Of a DNA stretch of 33,696 nucleotides, positions 1 through 9,932 are shown piece after piece. Origin of the DNA: Octopus bimaculoides (Eukaryota). Where the stretch lies: contig NC_068991.1 in NCBI RefSeq assembly GCF_001194135.2, positions 75,689,418-75,723,113 of the forward strand. The letters run 5' to 3'. Numbering within the stretch: position 1 is the first letter of the stretch; every line of letters starts with the position of its first letter. A model generated the notes under the pieces. That model made no database searches. It saw only the letters and a list, made by a program, of their open reading frames with translations, and had not been told where the DNA came from. The translations under genes and the position numbers were made by a program.

Positions 1-28
1 TATATATATATATATATATATATATATG
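1..28. repeat. (TA)n microsatellite
   Basis: Perfect TA repeat at the window start. Confidence 0.98.
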
Positions 29-257
29 ATTTATAAACTAATAATTTATAAACTTGTAAAGAAGGTTATGAATGCTTATAAGGTCAAAGACATACAATTC
101 TCGCTGGGAAGAATAAACATTGGAAAATAGATAGATGTGTTCTATTGATCATTTTGATCCAGTTTTACAATGTCTGTCATGTTTACAGTGATGTAGGTTC
201 GATCCTCACTGGCAGCCTTCGACATCTTGCCTCCAAAGGCGTTTTTAACCCAATATT

Positions 258-546
258 TTGTTGTTTGTTCCCTCTCGAGTCATACCTTGCTCATAAAAGC
301 CGGTTTCCCGCTTTCATTGGCGTATAGATTCCCAACCTGGACGAGACGCCGGTCCGTCGCAGGTGAGCTGCTAGATACAGGAGGAAAGAGTGAGAGAAAG
401 TTATGACGAAAAAGTCAGCAAAAATTCGCCACTACATTCTGCCGGAGCCGTGTTTCGCTCATAAACACACACATCGCCCGGTCTGAAATTCGACCCTGAG
501 ATCCCTCTACCGCGAGTCTGCTGCTTTAACCACTTGAGTTCAGGCC
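258..546 (-). mobile_element. tRNA-derived SINE (head A + body X + tail 1)
   Basis: The reverse complement begins with a tRNA-like head (caagtggttaaagcagcagactcgcgg...cagggtcgaatttcagaccgggcg; degenerate A and B boxes). The body is shared with the 5835-6197 copy (ctttctctcactct). The tail cctgcgacggaccggcgtctcgtccaggttggga is shared with the 3635-3846 copy. The element ends in a caa-rich run. Confidence 0.85.
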
Positions 547-671
547 AAGAATGTCTTGATTAAATGAAAGTTTACATTGTCTCAAGGAGGTACATTTTGA
601 AAAAGGGACGACCCTGTCTTGAATTTTACGTGGGAACCACTTTCCAAGTATTTGAGTTGTTGATGTTGTTG

Positions 672-746
672 CATGTTCTCAATGTAACCGATTTAATCCC
701 TTCCCCCAAATCAGAGGCCTTGTGCTTCCAGTAGAAAGGATTTATT
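672..746 (+). mobile_element. 3' fragment of the abundant SINE family (Nin/Deu-like)
   Basis: aatgtaaccgatttaatcccttcccccaaatcagaggccttgtgcttccagtagaaaggattt matches the 3' ends of the copies at 3998-4223, 7080-7303 and 22690-22953. Confidence 0.7.
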
Positions 747-826
747 AAGTTGAAAATCTGTGACACACTGACATCTATCATATTAGATATATTTAATTTT
801 GGGGAAATTTAATTTCAATTAAAGTG

Positions 827-888
<62 letters not shown>
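827..888. repeat. (TA)n(TG)n compound microsatellite
   Basis: Directly visible. Confidence 0.97.
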
Positions 889-889
<1 letters not shown>

Positions 890-1260
890 TAAAGAAATGA
901 AAAATAAAACAAAACTGATAAAGTTCAGTATATTGGCGACAAGAATTTCTGCCAAAGAGACATGGTTAAACCAAGTTGTACATCATCTCCCTCTTTCGCT
1001 TAAATACCTACTCTTTCTTTCTCTTTTATTGTTACTCCCACTGCCACCACAGTCGCTACTACTTTTAATAAAACATCATCAACTCTCTCTAAATTTCTTT
1101 ATCTCTCTTTTTCTCCCTCTCTTTTTTCTTTCTATCTCTGTCTGTCTTCGCCACCGCCCTCAACGTCTCTATGCCTAATATTACTCTCACCCTATCATGA
1201 GGAATAGCAGAAGTGTCATTGAATAGTAAGAAAGTGGGTCTAAGTGTGATGGAGGGACAA

Positions 1261-1325
1261 GTGTGTATATGTGTGCGTGTATGTGCGTGTATGTGCGTGT
1301 ATGTGCGTGTGTATGGGTGTGTGTT
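1261..1325. repeat. Short tandem repeat, unit atgtgcgtgt (about 4 copies), in a TG-rich tract
   Basis: atgtgcgtgt repeats in register from 1269 to 1310. Confidence 0.85.
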
Positions 1326-2011
1326 TGAGTAGTGTATGCTTTACACAGATAACGGAGCAGCTGATAATTGACAAAATACAGTTACAAGGAATACAAAACC
1401 AAGAGACAAACCGTGAAAACGAACTCCAGAAATAGAAAAGGGACCTTTCTCTTTACGAATACATTATAAATTCCTCTTCAACTTTAGAAATTGCGTGTAC
1501 CACCAATAAACAAGATAAGTCGTTCAACAATCACTGGCTATTTATCTTCTCCCGAATGATGAATTACATTTCTGAAATGGTGAAAGTTGTTATCATCGTC
1601 TAATATATACCTGATAACGTTTAGTTTTGTAAAGTCTACAAGCATTAGTTTCATGTTTCAAATAAAATAAAATAATTTATGTGCCACTAGCTAAATTCAC
1701 ATTTAATTCACTGAAAAATTATTAGAAATATAAGATCACCATTTTGCTTTTACATCAACATCACTATCATAGTTTCCACCATCAGCATCATTATCCTCAC
1801 AAGAATCATCAACTTGATCGTTATCAGAACCATCATCATCACACACACGCACTTATATTCATAGATATATGTAGTTCTTTACTCACAAAAACACACACAT
1901 ACACACACACACACACTCACAAACATACGTTCGCGTACACAAGCCAACACTTGCTCTCAATTGGAACTGGAGGAACAAGCAGAAACGCATATTCCCTCAC
2001 TCATTCAGTCA

Positions 2012-2090
2012 CACAGTAACACACTCGCTCACTCACTCACTCTATCACTCACTCACTCACTCACTCACTCACTCACTCACTCACTCACTC
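2012..2090. repeat. (ACTC)n tetranucleotide microsatellite
   Basis: Directly visible; near-perfect from about 2045. Confidence 0.95.
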
Positions 2091-2175
2091 AGAGACTTGC
2101 CGAAGGTGTCACGCAGTGGAACTGAACCCAAAGCCATATAATTCCGTAGAAAATTTCTTGCCACACACCCACGCT
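2091..2175 (-). mobile_element. 5' fragment (tRNA-like head + start of CORE-like box) of a CORE-type SINE
   Basis: The reverse complement reads gcgtgggtgtgtggcaagaaattttctacgg...gggttcagttccactgcgtgacaccttcggcaagtctct: a tRNA-like head, a B-box-like gggttcagttcc and a 'ttcggcaagt' CORE-like start. Family name is from recall. Confidence 0.65.
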
Positions 2176-2334
2176 TACGCATTTATGTATGCGCTTATCG
2201 GACACACACACACATATGCATATGTGTGTGTATGTTTGCGTGCACGCGTGTTAGTGTACCTCTTCTAATTTACTTAAGATACTCCTAGGCTGTTGTAATA
2301 CCGTTGTATTATAAAAGCATACGCTCATATGCCT

Positions 2335-2511
<177 letters not shown>

Positions 2512-2619
2512 TGTATACACATACATCATTATCATCATTGTCATCATCATTTGAGTGGGTGCTTTTACGTCATGAAGCAGCTGATGTTTCATCAGTTAAC
2601 TCACTTATCAAGCTTAAGC

Positions 2620-2738
2620 TGGATTTAGCTAGTTTATCTTGTTTCTCATCCTTTCGGTATCGATAAAATGAAATAATAAGTCAATTACCGGATGTAAACA
2701 ACTTACCCCTCCTCTAAAAACTTTGCTGTTTTTGTGCC
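2620..2738 (+). mobile_element. Degenerate 3' half of the Nin/Deu-like SINE
   Basis: tctcatcctttcggtatcgataaaatg...acttacccctcctctaaaaactttgctgtttttgtgccaa aligns by eye to the copies at 7080-7303 and 22690-22953. Confidence 0.65.

Positions 2739-2796
<58 letters not shown>
2739..2796. repeat. (AAT)n microsatellite
   Basis: Perfect trinucleotide run between a SINE tail and the RT fragment. Confidence 0.98.
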
Positions 2797-2797
<1 letters not shown>

Positions 2798-3634
2798 GGA
2801 CAAAAAACAAATCATGTCCTGTACATGGATGACTTAAAATTTTACGCTAAAAGTACTATCGAACAGAGAAACTATTTCAAAATTGTTCAGGGTTTCAGCA
2901 ATGACATCGGAATGACCATGGGGCTGGAGAAATGTGCTGGAGTCCCAATGAGGAGAGGCAAATTGATCAGCACTGAAAACGCTGCACTCGACATAAACAC
3001 AGAAATTAGAGAATTAGACCACAAACACCCATAGAAATATCTAGAAATATCTAGGAAGAGAAGAAACAGCTAAAATGCAACACGCAGAAATGAAAGCGAA
3101 ACTTAGGAGAGAGTATTACAGAAGAGTTAGACTAATATTAAACGCTGAACTTAATGTTAATAATAAGATAATAGGGATAAACACGCTAACCATACCAGTC
3201 ATGAATTAGAGCTTTAACATAATAAACTGGAAGAACAGTGAATTGAGAAACCTCGATAGAAAAACCAGAAAACTACTAAGTGTACCGAAGTCACCACCCC
3301 AAAGCAGATGCAGACATAAGGCATCTACCCCACTCAGAAGGAGGCCATGACCAGATAAGGATAGAAAACTACTATAAAATAACAACAGTTGGACGAGAAA
3401 AGTACTTAGGAACAAAGAATGGAAAACTACTGCATGTAGTACAGCAACATAAGAAAAGGAAAACACTTTTCCTTATACATGAGGAGGTGACAGAATACAA
3501 AACAGAATCGAACTACACTGACACACTGGCCTCAGATGACAACATGGCAGAAATGGTCAAAGAGACAAAAGACAACATGAAAACTGAATTACAAAAGATA
3601 CTGAAGAAGAAATGGAGAGAAAAAGCACTTCATG
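2797..3634 (+). mobile_element. Non-LTR retrotransposon RT fragment, R4/Dong-like clade (pseudogenised; truncated at both ends)
   Basis: Joined across frameshifts it reads GQKTNHVLYMDDLKFYAK...FSNDIGMTMGLEKCA...ELDHKHP*KYL(G)...MKAKLRREYYRRVRLILNAELNVNNKIIGINTLTIPVMN*SFNIINW...LDRKTRKLL...HHPKAD..RHLPHSEGG...KKKWREKALH. YMDD (2822-2833) is the RT catalytic motif. The GM.FGL.KCA, EYYRRVR.IL..EL, HHPKAD..R..LPR.EGG and W..K.LH motifs are typical of R4-clade (R4/Dong/Rex6) ORFs. A 10-bp duplication (tagaaatatc, 3032-3051) breaks the YKYLG motif. Confidence 0.88.
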
Positions 3635-3846
3635 TTGGACTTGTGATCGTAAGATTGTGGTTACGATTCTTGGAGCAGGCGATGTATTGTATTCTTGAGC
3701 AAAACACTTTCATTTCACGCTGCTCCAGTCCACTCAGCTGGCAAAAGTGAGTAATCCTGCGACGGACCGGCGTCCCATCCAGGTGGGGAATGTACACACC
3801 ACAGAAACACCCTATAAGTCTATATGACTTGGGAACGATCTTTATC
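3635..3846 (+). mobile_element. tRNA-derived CORE-type SINE (head A + CORE-like body + tail 1), slightly 5' truncated
   Basis: The head ttggacttgtgatcgtaagattgtggttacgattcttggagcaggcg resembles the heads at 470-546 and 6120-6197. The body gtattcttgagcaaaacactttcatttcacg is CORE-like. Tail 3756-3789 matches the reverse complement of 330-363 at 31 of 34 positions. Confidence 0.8.
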
Positions 3847-3857
3847 CTATCCTGTTA

Positions 3858-3908
3858 GTATCATCATCATCATCATCATCATCTTCCACGTCGTCGTCAT
3901 CGTCTTTG

Positions 3909-3970
<62 letters not shown>

Positions 3971-3995
3971 GTCATCATCTTCGTCGTCGCCGTCG
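3858..3995. repeat. (ATC)n/(GTC)n compound trinucleotide microsatellite
   Basis: Directly visible; it produces the spurious poly-Asp, poly-Ser and poly-Ile/Val ORFs. Confidence 0.97.
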
Positions 3996-3997
3996 TT

Positions 3998-4223
3998 AAG
4001 GTGTCTTGCTATCAGAATCGTTAGCATATCGGACAAAATGGCAAGTAGCTTCTTTTCTGGTTCTTTATGGTCTGAGTTCAAATTCTTCTGATGTCAACTT
4101 TGCCTTTCATCCTTTTGGGATCAATAAATCACGTACGAGATGAGCACTGTGGTCGTGGTAATCGACTAGCCCCCACTCCTCTCCCACCAAATGATAGGCC
4201 CTGTGTTTATATTAGAAAGAATT
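3998..4223 (+). mobile_element. Full-length Nin/Deu-like SINE
   Basis: aaggtg...cagaatcgttagca...ctgagttcaaattc...caactttgcctttcatccttttgggatcaataaa...gtaatcgactagccccc...tgtgtttatattagaaagaatt; colinear with 7080-7303 and with the reverse complement of 29657-29862. Confidence 0.85.
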
Positions 4224-4618
4224 AACATTACCATTATGTTTGATTTTGTAAATCTCAGGCACTTAGATATTAAACGGTCTGGACATTTCACAAATGCTTC
4301 TTTCTTTGGTCAAGTCTGAAATTTACTTCAAAATGGCTTCGACTTTCACTCTGACTGATTTCTTTTTTAGGAGGGTGAAAATAGGAATTCTTCTCGTGTT
4401 ATAAACAAATGCTTGAATATCGGGAACAGCTTCCACTTGATCAGCACCAAGCCAATGAAGATGACTATATACACTGTGAGAATCTCACACTATTAGAAAA
4501 GATCAGTCTACACTGCATAATGGAAACACAAATATACAAATATATCGAGACAACCATGACTAGTAATCGCTTATTCAAAGGAGTGCACAAGCTAGCTTCA
4601 CCTCTGGTTAAACAAGTG

Positions 4619-4842
4619 TAACAACAACAAAAACAACACAAACAACAACAACAACAACAAGAACGAGAATAACAATAACGGGAATAACAATAAGAACAAC
4701 CAATAATAACAACATTAGCAACAACAATTGCAGGAATGATAAGGAGTAAAATAAGAATAAAAAGTATTATAATAAAATAGACAAATAAGATACTAAGAAT
4801 GACATTGATGATGATGATGACGATGATGATGATGATGATGTC
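4619..4842. repeat. Degenerate (CAA)/(TAA) low-complexity tract plus (GAT)n
   Basis: Directly visible. Confidence 0.9.
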
Positions 4843-5377
4843 TTCAAGCAATAAGAAAAGTGGTAATGGCAAAAAATGGAAGCGAAAACGTATATCTGCA
4901 AGAGCTCTAAGTGCGCGGATATTGTTGGGAGTTGAATATCATAGTCGAAATATAAATCGAATTACGATCATATATCTCTAGGGATTCAAAAGAAATATAC
5001 ACACAAAAAAGTAAGCATAGATATATCTCCAATAACAAAATCTTCTAGATATCTTCGCAACAAGATTTTGAAGATAGAGTAATGTAGTGGTTTTGTACAG
5101 AACCTGAAAGTGTTACGACATGAAAGAGCAATTTTAGTATTCCAAAATCACACACGAAAACATTAAATCTTACCTTATTTTATTTGTTTTTGATATGCCA
5201 ATCTTTTTCGCTACACAGCTGCTGCAGCCTGGTTGAAAATAATGTTCCACTGTATCACTGTAGTTTTATTGAATGTTTCCGGTAATGGATAAACTACGTT
5301 AAGAAGGCACTTTTTTTTATTAATAAATTGGACTTTCAAGGCCCGAGTATTACAAAACTTTAAGGCACTCATTTTTT

Positions 5378-5625
5378 ATGAAGGCAAGTAATTTCGTGAA
5401 GGCAGTAGCTATGTTATTACCAGCAGAGATGAATGACCTCTTCAGTGAGATTTTCCTAAAACTTTGTCGGATGTATTTGACCTCACTATTGACAGATGTG
5501 AAGAATAGATTTAGTTATGCTTGTACTGTGAGATGATCTTGCTGTTAGATACATACTGGTTTAACCCAAATAGACTTCCTGCAAAACGCTCACAGCTTAA
5601 GTGTTTCCGATAGTTGATAAAGTGT
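5378..5625 (+). mobile_element. Possible hAT transposase C-terminal (dimerisation-domain) relic
   Basis: One frame reads MNDLFSEIFLKLCRMYLTSLLTDVKNRFSY...*IHTGLTQIDFLQNAHSL. This resembles the hAT C-terminal pattern LF.EV.KL..LYLT...RLN.L...HVH..LT..IDL...A, with the AERSFS block apparently deleted. Matched by eye only. Confidence 0.4.
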
Positions 5626-5834
5626 GTCTATAGTGATGAAGGATGTTTAAAATTTCACTGCCTGAAAATAGCAAGGACAAGAGTAATGCCAGCAAAATCA
5701 ATCCTAGTAATCAATAGCGATACGTAATTTGTTGAAAATAGATACCAACAAACATTGCATCGAAAGAAATGATAGAAATTATTGAAAAGCTATTCCGTAG
5801 GAATATAAATATTTTCTGTTCTTTCATTTTATTT

Positions 5835-6197
5835 TGTTGTTGTTGTTGTTGGCACTCTGTCGCTTACGACGTCGAGGGTTCCAGTTGATCCGATCAACGG
5901 AACAGCCTGTTCGTGAAATTAACGTGCAAGTGGCTGAGCATTCCACAGACACGTGTATCCTTAACGTAGTTCTCGGGGAGATTCAACGTGACACAGTGTG
6001 ACAAGGCTGACCCTTTGAATTACAGGTACAACAGAAACAGGAAGTAAGAGTGAGAGAAAGTTGTGGTGAAAGAGAGCCTCGTGGAACTTTAGTTGTTTTC
6101 GCTCAATAAACACTCACAACGCCCGGTCTGGGAATCGAAACCGCGATCCTATGACCGCGAGTCCGCTGCCCTAACCACTGGGCCATTGTGCTTCCAC
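5835..6197 (-). mobile_element. Full-length tRNA-derived SINE (head A + body X + tail 2) with 10-bp TSD
   Basis: The reverse-complement head gtggaagcacaatggcccagtggttagggcagcggactcgcggtcataggatcgcggtttcgattcccagaccgggcg has good A and B boxes. The 3' end is (CAA)n. The direct repeat cattttattt flanks it at 5825-5834 and 6198-6207. Confidence 0.92.
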
Positions 6198-7079
6198 CAT
6201 TTTATTTAACAAGATATAAATTACTACCCGTTTCTCTATCTCTGTTACTCTTCACTTTGTTTCATTTATATGTTTTCATTTACAGTTCATTTAAATTAAT
6301 CTATCATTTTATACCTATTTACCTATGATCCCGTTATGCTCCATGCGATTCTTAGAAGTTGTAGTCTATTCTTAGCCACAATAGCGACAACATGAATTTC
6401 TTCCCTCTTCTTGTTCTGTTAAAATATTTAAGAAAAATTATATTAATGTGACCTACTTGTTAAAATTCCATTTATTTATTTGTGCAGCTGAAGATAGCAC
6501 TATGTTTAAACTCATGTAATGATTGGACTGTTGAATTAAATGGAGCCACTTGAAAAGGTCGTACTGTGTTAGTACTTGATATCCTGTTGCTTATTTTGTA
6601 TGTATATATATATATAAATATATATGTGCGTGTTTGTGTATATGAGAAATGTGAGTTTATGATCGGGATAGCATGTTATGTTTGCGTAGGTGCATGTCTG
6701 TGTGTGAGAAAGCGAGAGAAAGAGAAAGAAAGAAACATTATTATCACTATATCTGTAATATATTTGTTGTGAATGTTTTGCATTTCTATTTCTTCAAGAA
6801 TAATTATATAGTTATTTTAATCGACTCTAATACGATAACTGTTCGATAAAATAATAGTCATTATCATACAAAAAATCGATTCATTCATTTCACTATACGT
6901 GTCCGATAAATGCTTTATCTTGAATTAATATAAGAAATCGGTATCATTAATAATACAAGCAATGGAAGATTGAGCGTCGAACAAAATTTTATACGCTTAT
7001 TTGGTTTACGTGTCCCCTGTTTCCAATAGCGTAATCTTTTTTAGAATTTAGAATCCCTTAGAAATGTTATTATCACTGA

Positions 7080-7303
7080 CGCTATTAATGTGGCGAGCTG
7101 GCAGGATAGTTAGCACGCTGGACGAAATGCTTAGTGGTGTTTCAGCCGTCGTTACTTTCTGAGTTCAAATTCCGCCTCGGTCGACTGACTTTGCCTTTCA
7201 TCGTTTCGGGTTCGATAAAATAAGTACCAGTTGAACGCTGGGTCGATGTTATTGACTTAACCCCTTCCCCCAAATTGCTGCCCTTGTGGCAAAATTTGAA
7301 ACC
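7080..7303 (+). mobile_element. Full-length Nin/Deu-like SINE with 11-bp flanking direct repeat
   Basis: ggcgagctggcaggatagttagcacg...ctgagttcaaattccgcc...gactttgcctttcatcgtttcgggttcgataaaataagtaccag...cccttgtggcaaaatttgaaacc. attatcactga occurs at 7069-7079 and 7304-7314. Confidence 0.9.
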
Positions 7304-7506
7304 ATTATCACTGATGGTATTTATTAGTTCAAAGCAAGATATTTATTGGGTGTTAGTTAATTTAGTAAACAGCTACACGAGAGTTTGGGCCTATTTATCT
7401 CATGTATCCAAGTATTAATGAAAACAACAACCAATGAAATCAAGAAGATAGAATGCTTGAACTAAATTCCGCCAGATATTACTGCTTTATTCTATCTTCC
7501 GCATTT

Positions 7507-7623
7507 TTTGTAATAACCATTTTTATTGTATATGTTTAAATTATATTTGTAATAACCATTTCTATTGTATAATCTTAAAATATATTTGTAATAACCATTT
7601 TTATTGTACGATCTTAAAATATT
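7507..7623. repeat. 39-bp minisatellite, 3 copies
   Basis: Unit approximately tttgtaataaccatttttattgtataatcttaaaatata, starting at 7507, 7546 and 7585. Confidence 0.92.
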
Positions 7624-8082
7624 TTTGCTAGTTTATAGTAAAAACGTAAATCTTATGATGCGACCATTAGATAGCAGAACTGCAAGCTCCGTCAGAATTC
7701 CTTAAAGGATTTAGTTATAACTCTTAATTCTGAATTGCATTTCTTCAGAGTGGATATTTACCCATCAACATTGGTGCCTCTAATTTATATAGCAGTTAAA
7801 ACTTGAATAGATTAAATTATCTGCACGCAATCGACCAAAATTAGTACCCTTTTGGTCAAATTTGAAATCTTTTTTTATATTAGCTGATGATATTGATACC
7901 TATGTTCCATCTTTTTTTCCCCGCTGTTATCAAGCGAAAATAGTAAATTACGTGAGCCTGAATCAATAACAAAGCAACGATATGGCTATCTTTCTTTCTT
8001 ATTATAGGCTTTGGCTCTTTAATACTATAGAACTTTCCATTTTCTTGGAATCAAATTATATACCATTTCTCATCATCAATCC

Positions 8083-8087
<5 letters not shown>

Positions 8088-8163
<76 letters not shown>

Positions 8164-8225
8164 GAGCGAGAGAGAGAGATCGAGTGAGAAAGTGAGAAAG
8201 AGAGAGAGCGAGAGAAAGAGAGACA
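8088..8225. repeat. (GA)n microsatellite with degenerate 3' extension
   Basis: Directly visible. Confidence 0.97.
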
Positions 8226-8654
8226 GAAAGTGATAAAGAGTGGACGAGACGGAGAGGGAGGAGAAGAGGTAAAGATAAATACAACCAAAATGATAAAGGT
8301 GAAAAACAAACATAGCCAACCGCAAAATGCCAGGCAATTTTCTGATATAACTTTACATAGCGTGATTTTTGAAATATCAAAAAAGAAAAAAAAAAAGAAA
8401 AAGGAATACAGAAAAAGAAGACGATAATAAATAGGAACACAAACCCAATACATCTCTTGATCAAGATCAATTTCCAATCAAAAGTCATGAACAAAAGAAA
8501 TAATGTTTGGAAAAAATGTGTTCCTATGTTACATATTCTTGTGGTTTCTTCTTAATCCAGTGGAAGTATGCCTATGTGATGCCTACACACATACACGTGA
8601 ATCTAAAGTCAACTCATCAAAATGCCGAGTTGTATCATTATTTAGCATCAGCAT

Positions 8655-8830
8655 TAGAGTAGTGGATTAGTAGGATTGTTAAATCATCGGGCAAATCGTC
8701 CAACAGTATAAAGTTGTTTATGCTCTGATTTCAAATACCACAGAAGTTAATTTTACTTTTTATCTTAAAATAACATACTATCATCAATGTAATCTGCTCT
8801 CTCTTTTCAAAATTGTTGAACCCAAATCAA
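8655..8830 (+). mobile_element. Highly degenerate Nin/Deu-like SINE
   Basis: gtaggattgttaaatcatcgggcaaat...gctctgatttcaaataccacagaagttaattttactttttatc...aatgtaatc follows the family module order. Confidence 0.45.
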
Positions 8831-9189
8831 AAATGAATTATTTAGCTTTATTAACAAAGTAATATAATTAGAAATAGCGAAAACGCTTGTTATAAAAATG
8901 AAAAAAACAAATCATTTTAAGGACATTAGGGCTCCGTCAAAAGGCATTTAATAAATATCTTTACACGTACCATTTTCAGACATAGAACATGTATATGGCA
9001 AATGGCAAGATGTCTGTATATTCCTCAGTAAACAGATCGATCTTGAGAAAACATGAAGTATACTGAGTTGGTAATAAGTGATTATAAACAGGTTACTGAA
9101 ATGTTTTTGCATGAAGACTGAAAAGCTACTAATTAATGTTTAAGAGACAATTCGTCACCAAAGATGGTTGTTTTCTAATTGTTTTCCAA

Positions 9190-9193
<4 letters not shown>

Positions 9194-9232
<39 letters not shown>
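9194..9232. repeat. (TA)n microsatellite
   Basis: Directly visible. Confidence 0.98.
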
Positions 9233-9237
<5 letters not shown>

Positions 9238-9654
9238 GTAACTTAGCGATATATTGTATCTCAGTTTGATTCGTGGAAGAAAAATAACCCCAACGCTGAA
9301 ATTATCAATTAATTGTGAATATTGTTAATTAGAATAATGATAGTTGGATTTAACTCTACCGATTTAATAGGTCTCGTGACGAAACTGCAAAGATTATCAT
9401 TGAAAGTGTATCATACGTGCGTAATAAACATAACTATTGATCACTAAATGAAGTGTGTTTATAAGTATTCCCATTGGGATTGGATAACAATTATTGTAAG
9501 TAATAGATGTACTTCTTTCTCATATTATGTACCGATGAATTAGATTCATACCTCTAGAGTGATACCAATCACAGAACACGACACCTGTCATATTATTACT
9601 ACAAATTAAATGCTGCAGTGTTTGTCTACGCCTTTTGCCATGTATTGTAAAGCT

Positions 9655-9932
9655 TTGTTAGGGTAGCAGACAAACTTCCAAGCAGACTTTAATCCCGGCC
9701 ATTCATGTTCTAAATTCAAAGCTCACCGAAGTCGACTTTTCTATCGTTTTGGGGTTGAGAAAATATAGCATTACGAAAGTAGTGGCTTCTGTTACATCGA
9801 CTGTCCACCCTCTCCAAGTTGATAACCATGTACCGGTGTGAAGGATCAACTTTATCCTTCCGAGGCCTGAAAAATATAATATCAGATAAGAAATGGACGA
9901 GATTTAATCAGCTGCTCCCTCCTTTCAAAATG
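9655..9932 (+). mobile_element. Two tandem degenerate Nin/Deu-like SINE pieces
   Basis: ttctaaattcaaagctcaccgaagtcgacttttctatcgttttggggttgagaaaat...catcgactgtccaccctctcc, then caactttatccttccgaggcctgaaaaat...atttaatcagctgctccctcctttcaaaatg. Confidence 0.55.

Noticed and set aside
190-215. tRNA T-arm-like hairpin (cagtga...aggttcgatcct-cactg)
   Set aside because: Too short to call; it may be a degenerate SINE head, but I see no family body after it.
3280-3750. 156-aa ORF as an intact protein
   Set aside because: It begins at a GTG inside the frameshifted RT relic, and its last ~38 residues are read-through into a SINE.
3824-4091. Poly-Asp, poly-Ser and poly-Ile/Val ORFs (3824-4024, 3842-4081, 3906-4091)
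   Set aside because: These are translations of the (ATC/GTC)n microsatellite plus SINE sequence in different frames and strands.
6120-6197. Functional tRNA gene on the minus strand (also 470-546 and 3635-3690)
   Set aside because: A and B boxes are present, but there is no complete acceptor stem, and the sequence continues into a SINE body with tail and TSD; these are SINE heads.
7507-7623. CRISPR-like array
   Set aside because: The repeats are directly adjacent with no unique spacers, the context is eukaryotic, and there are no cas genes.
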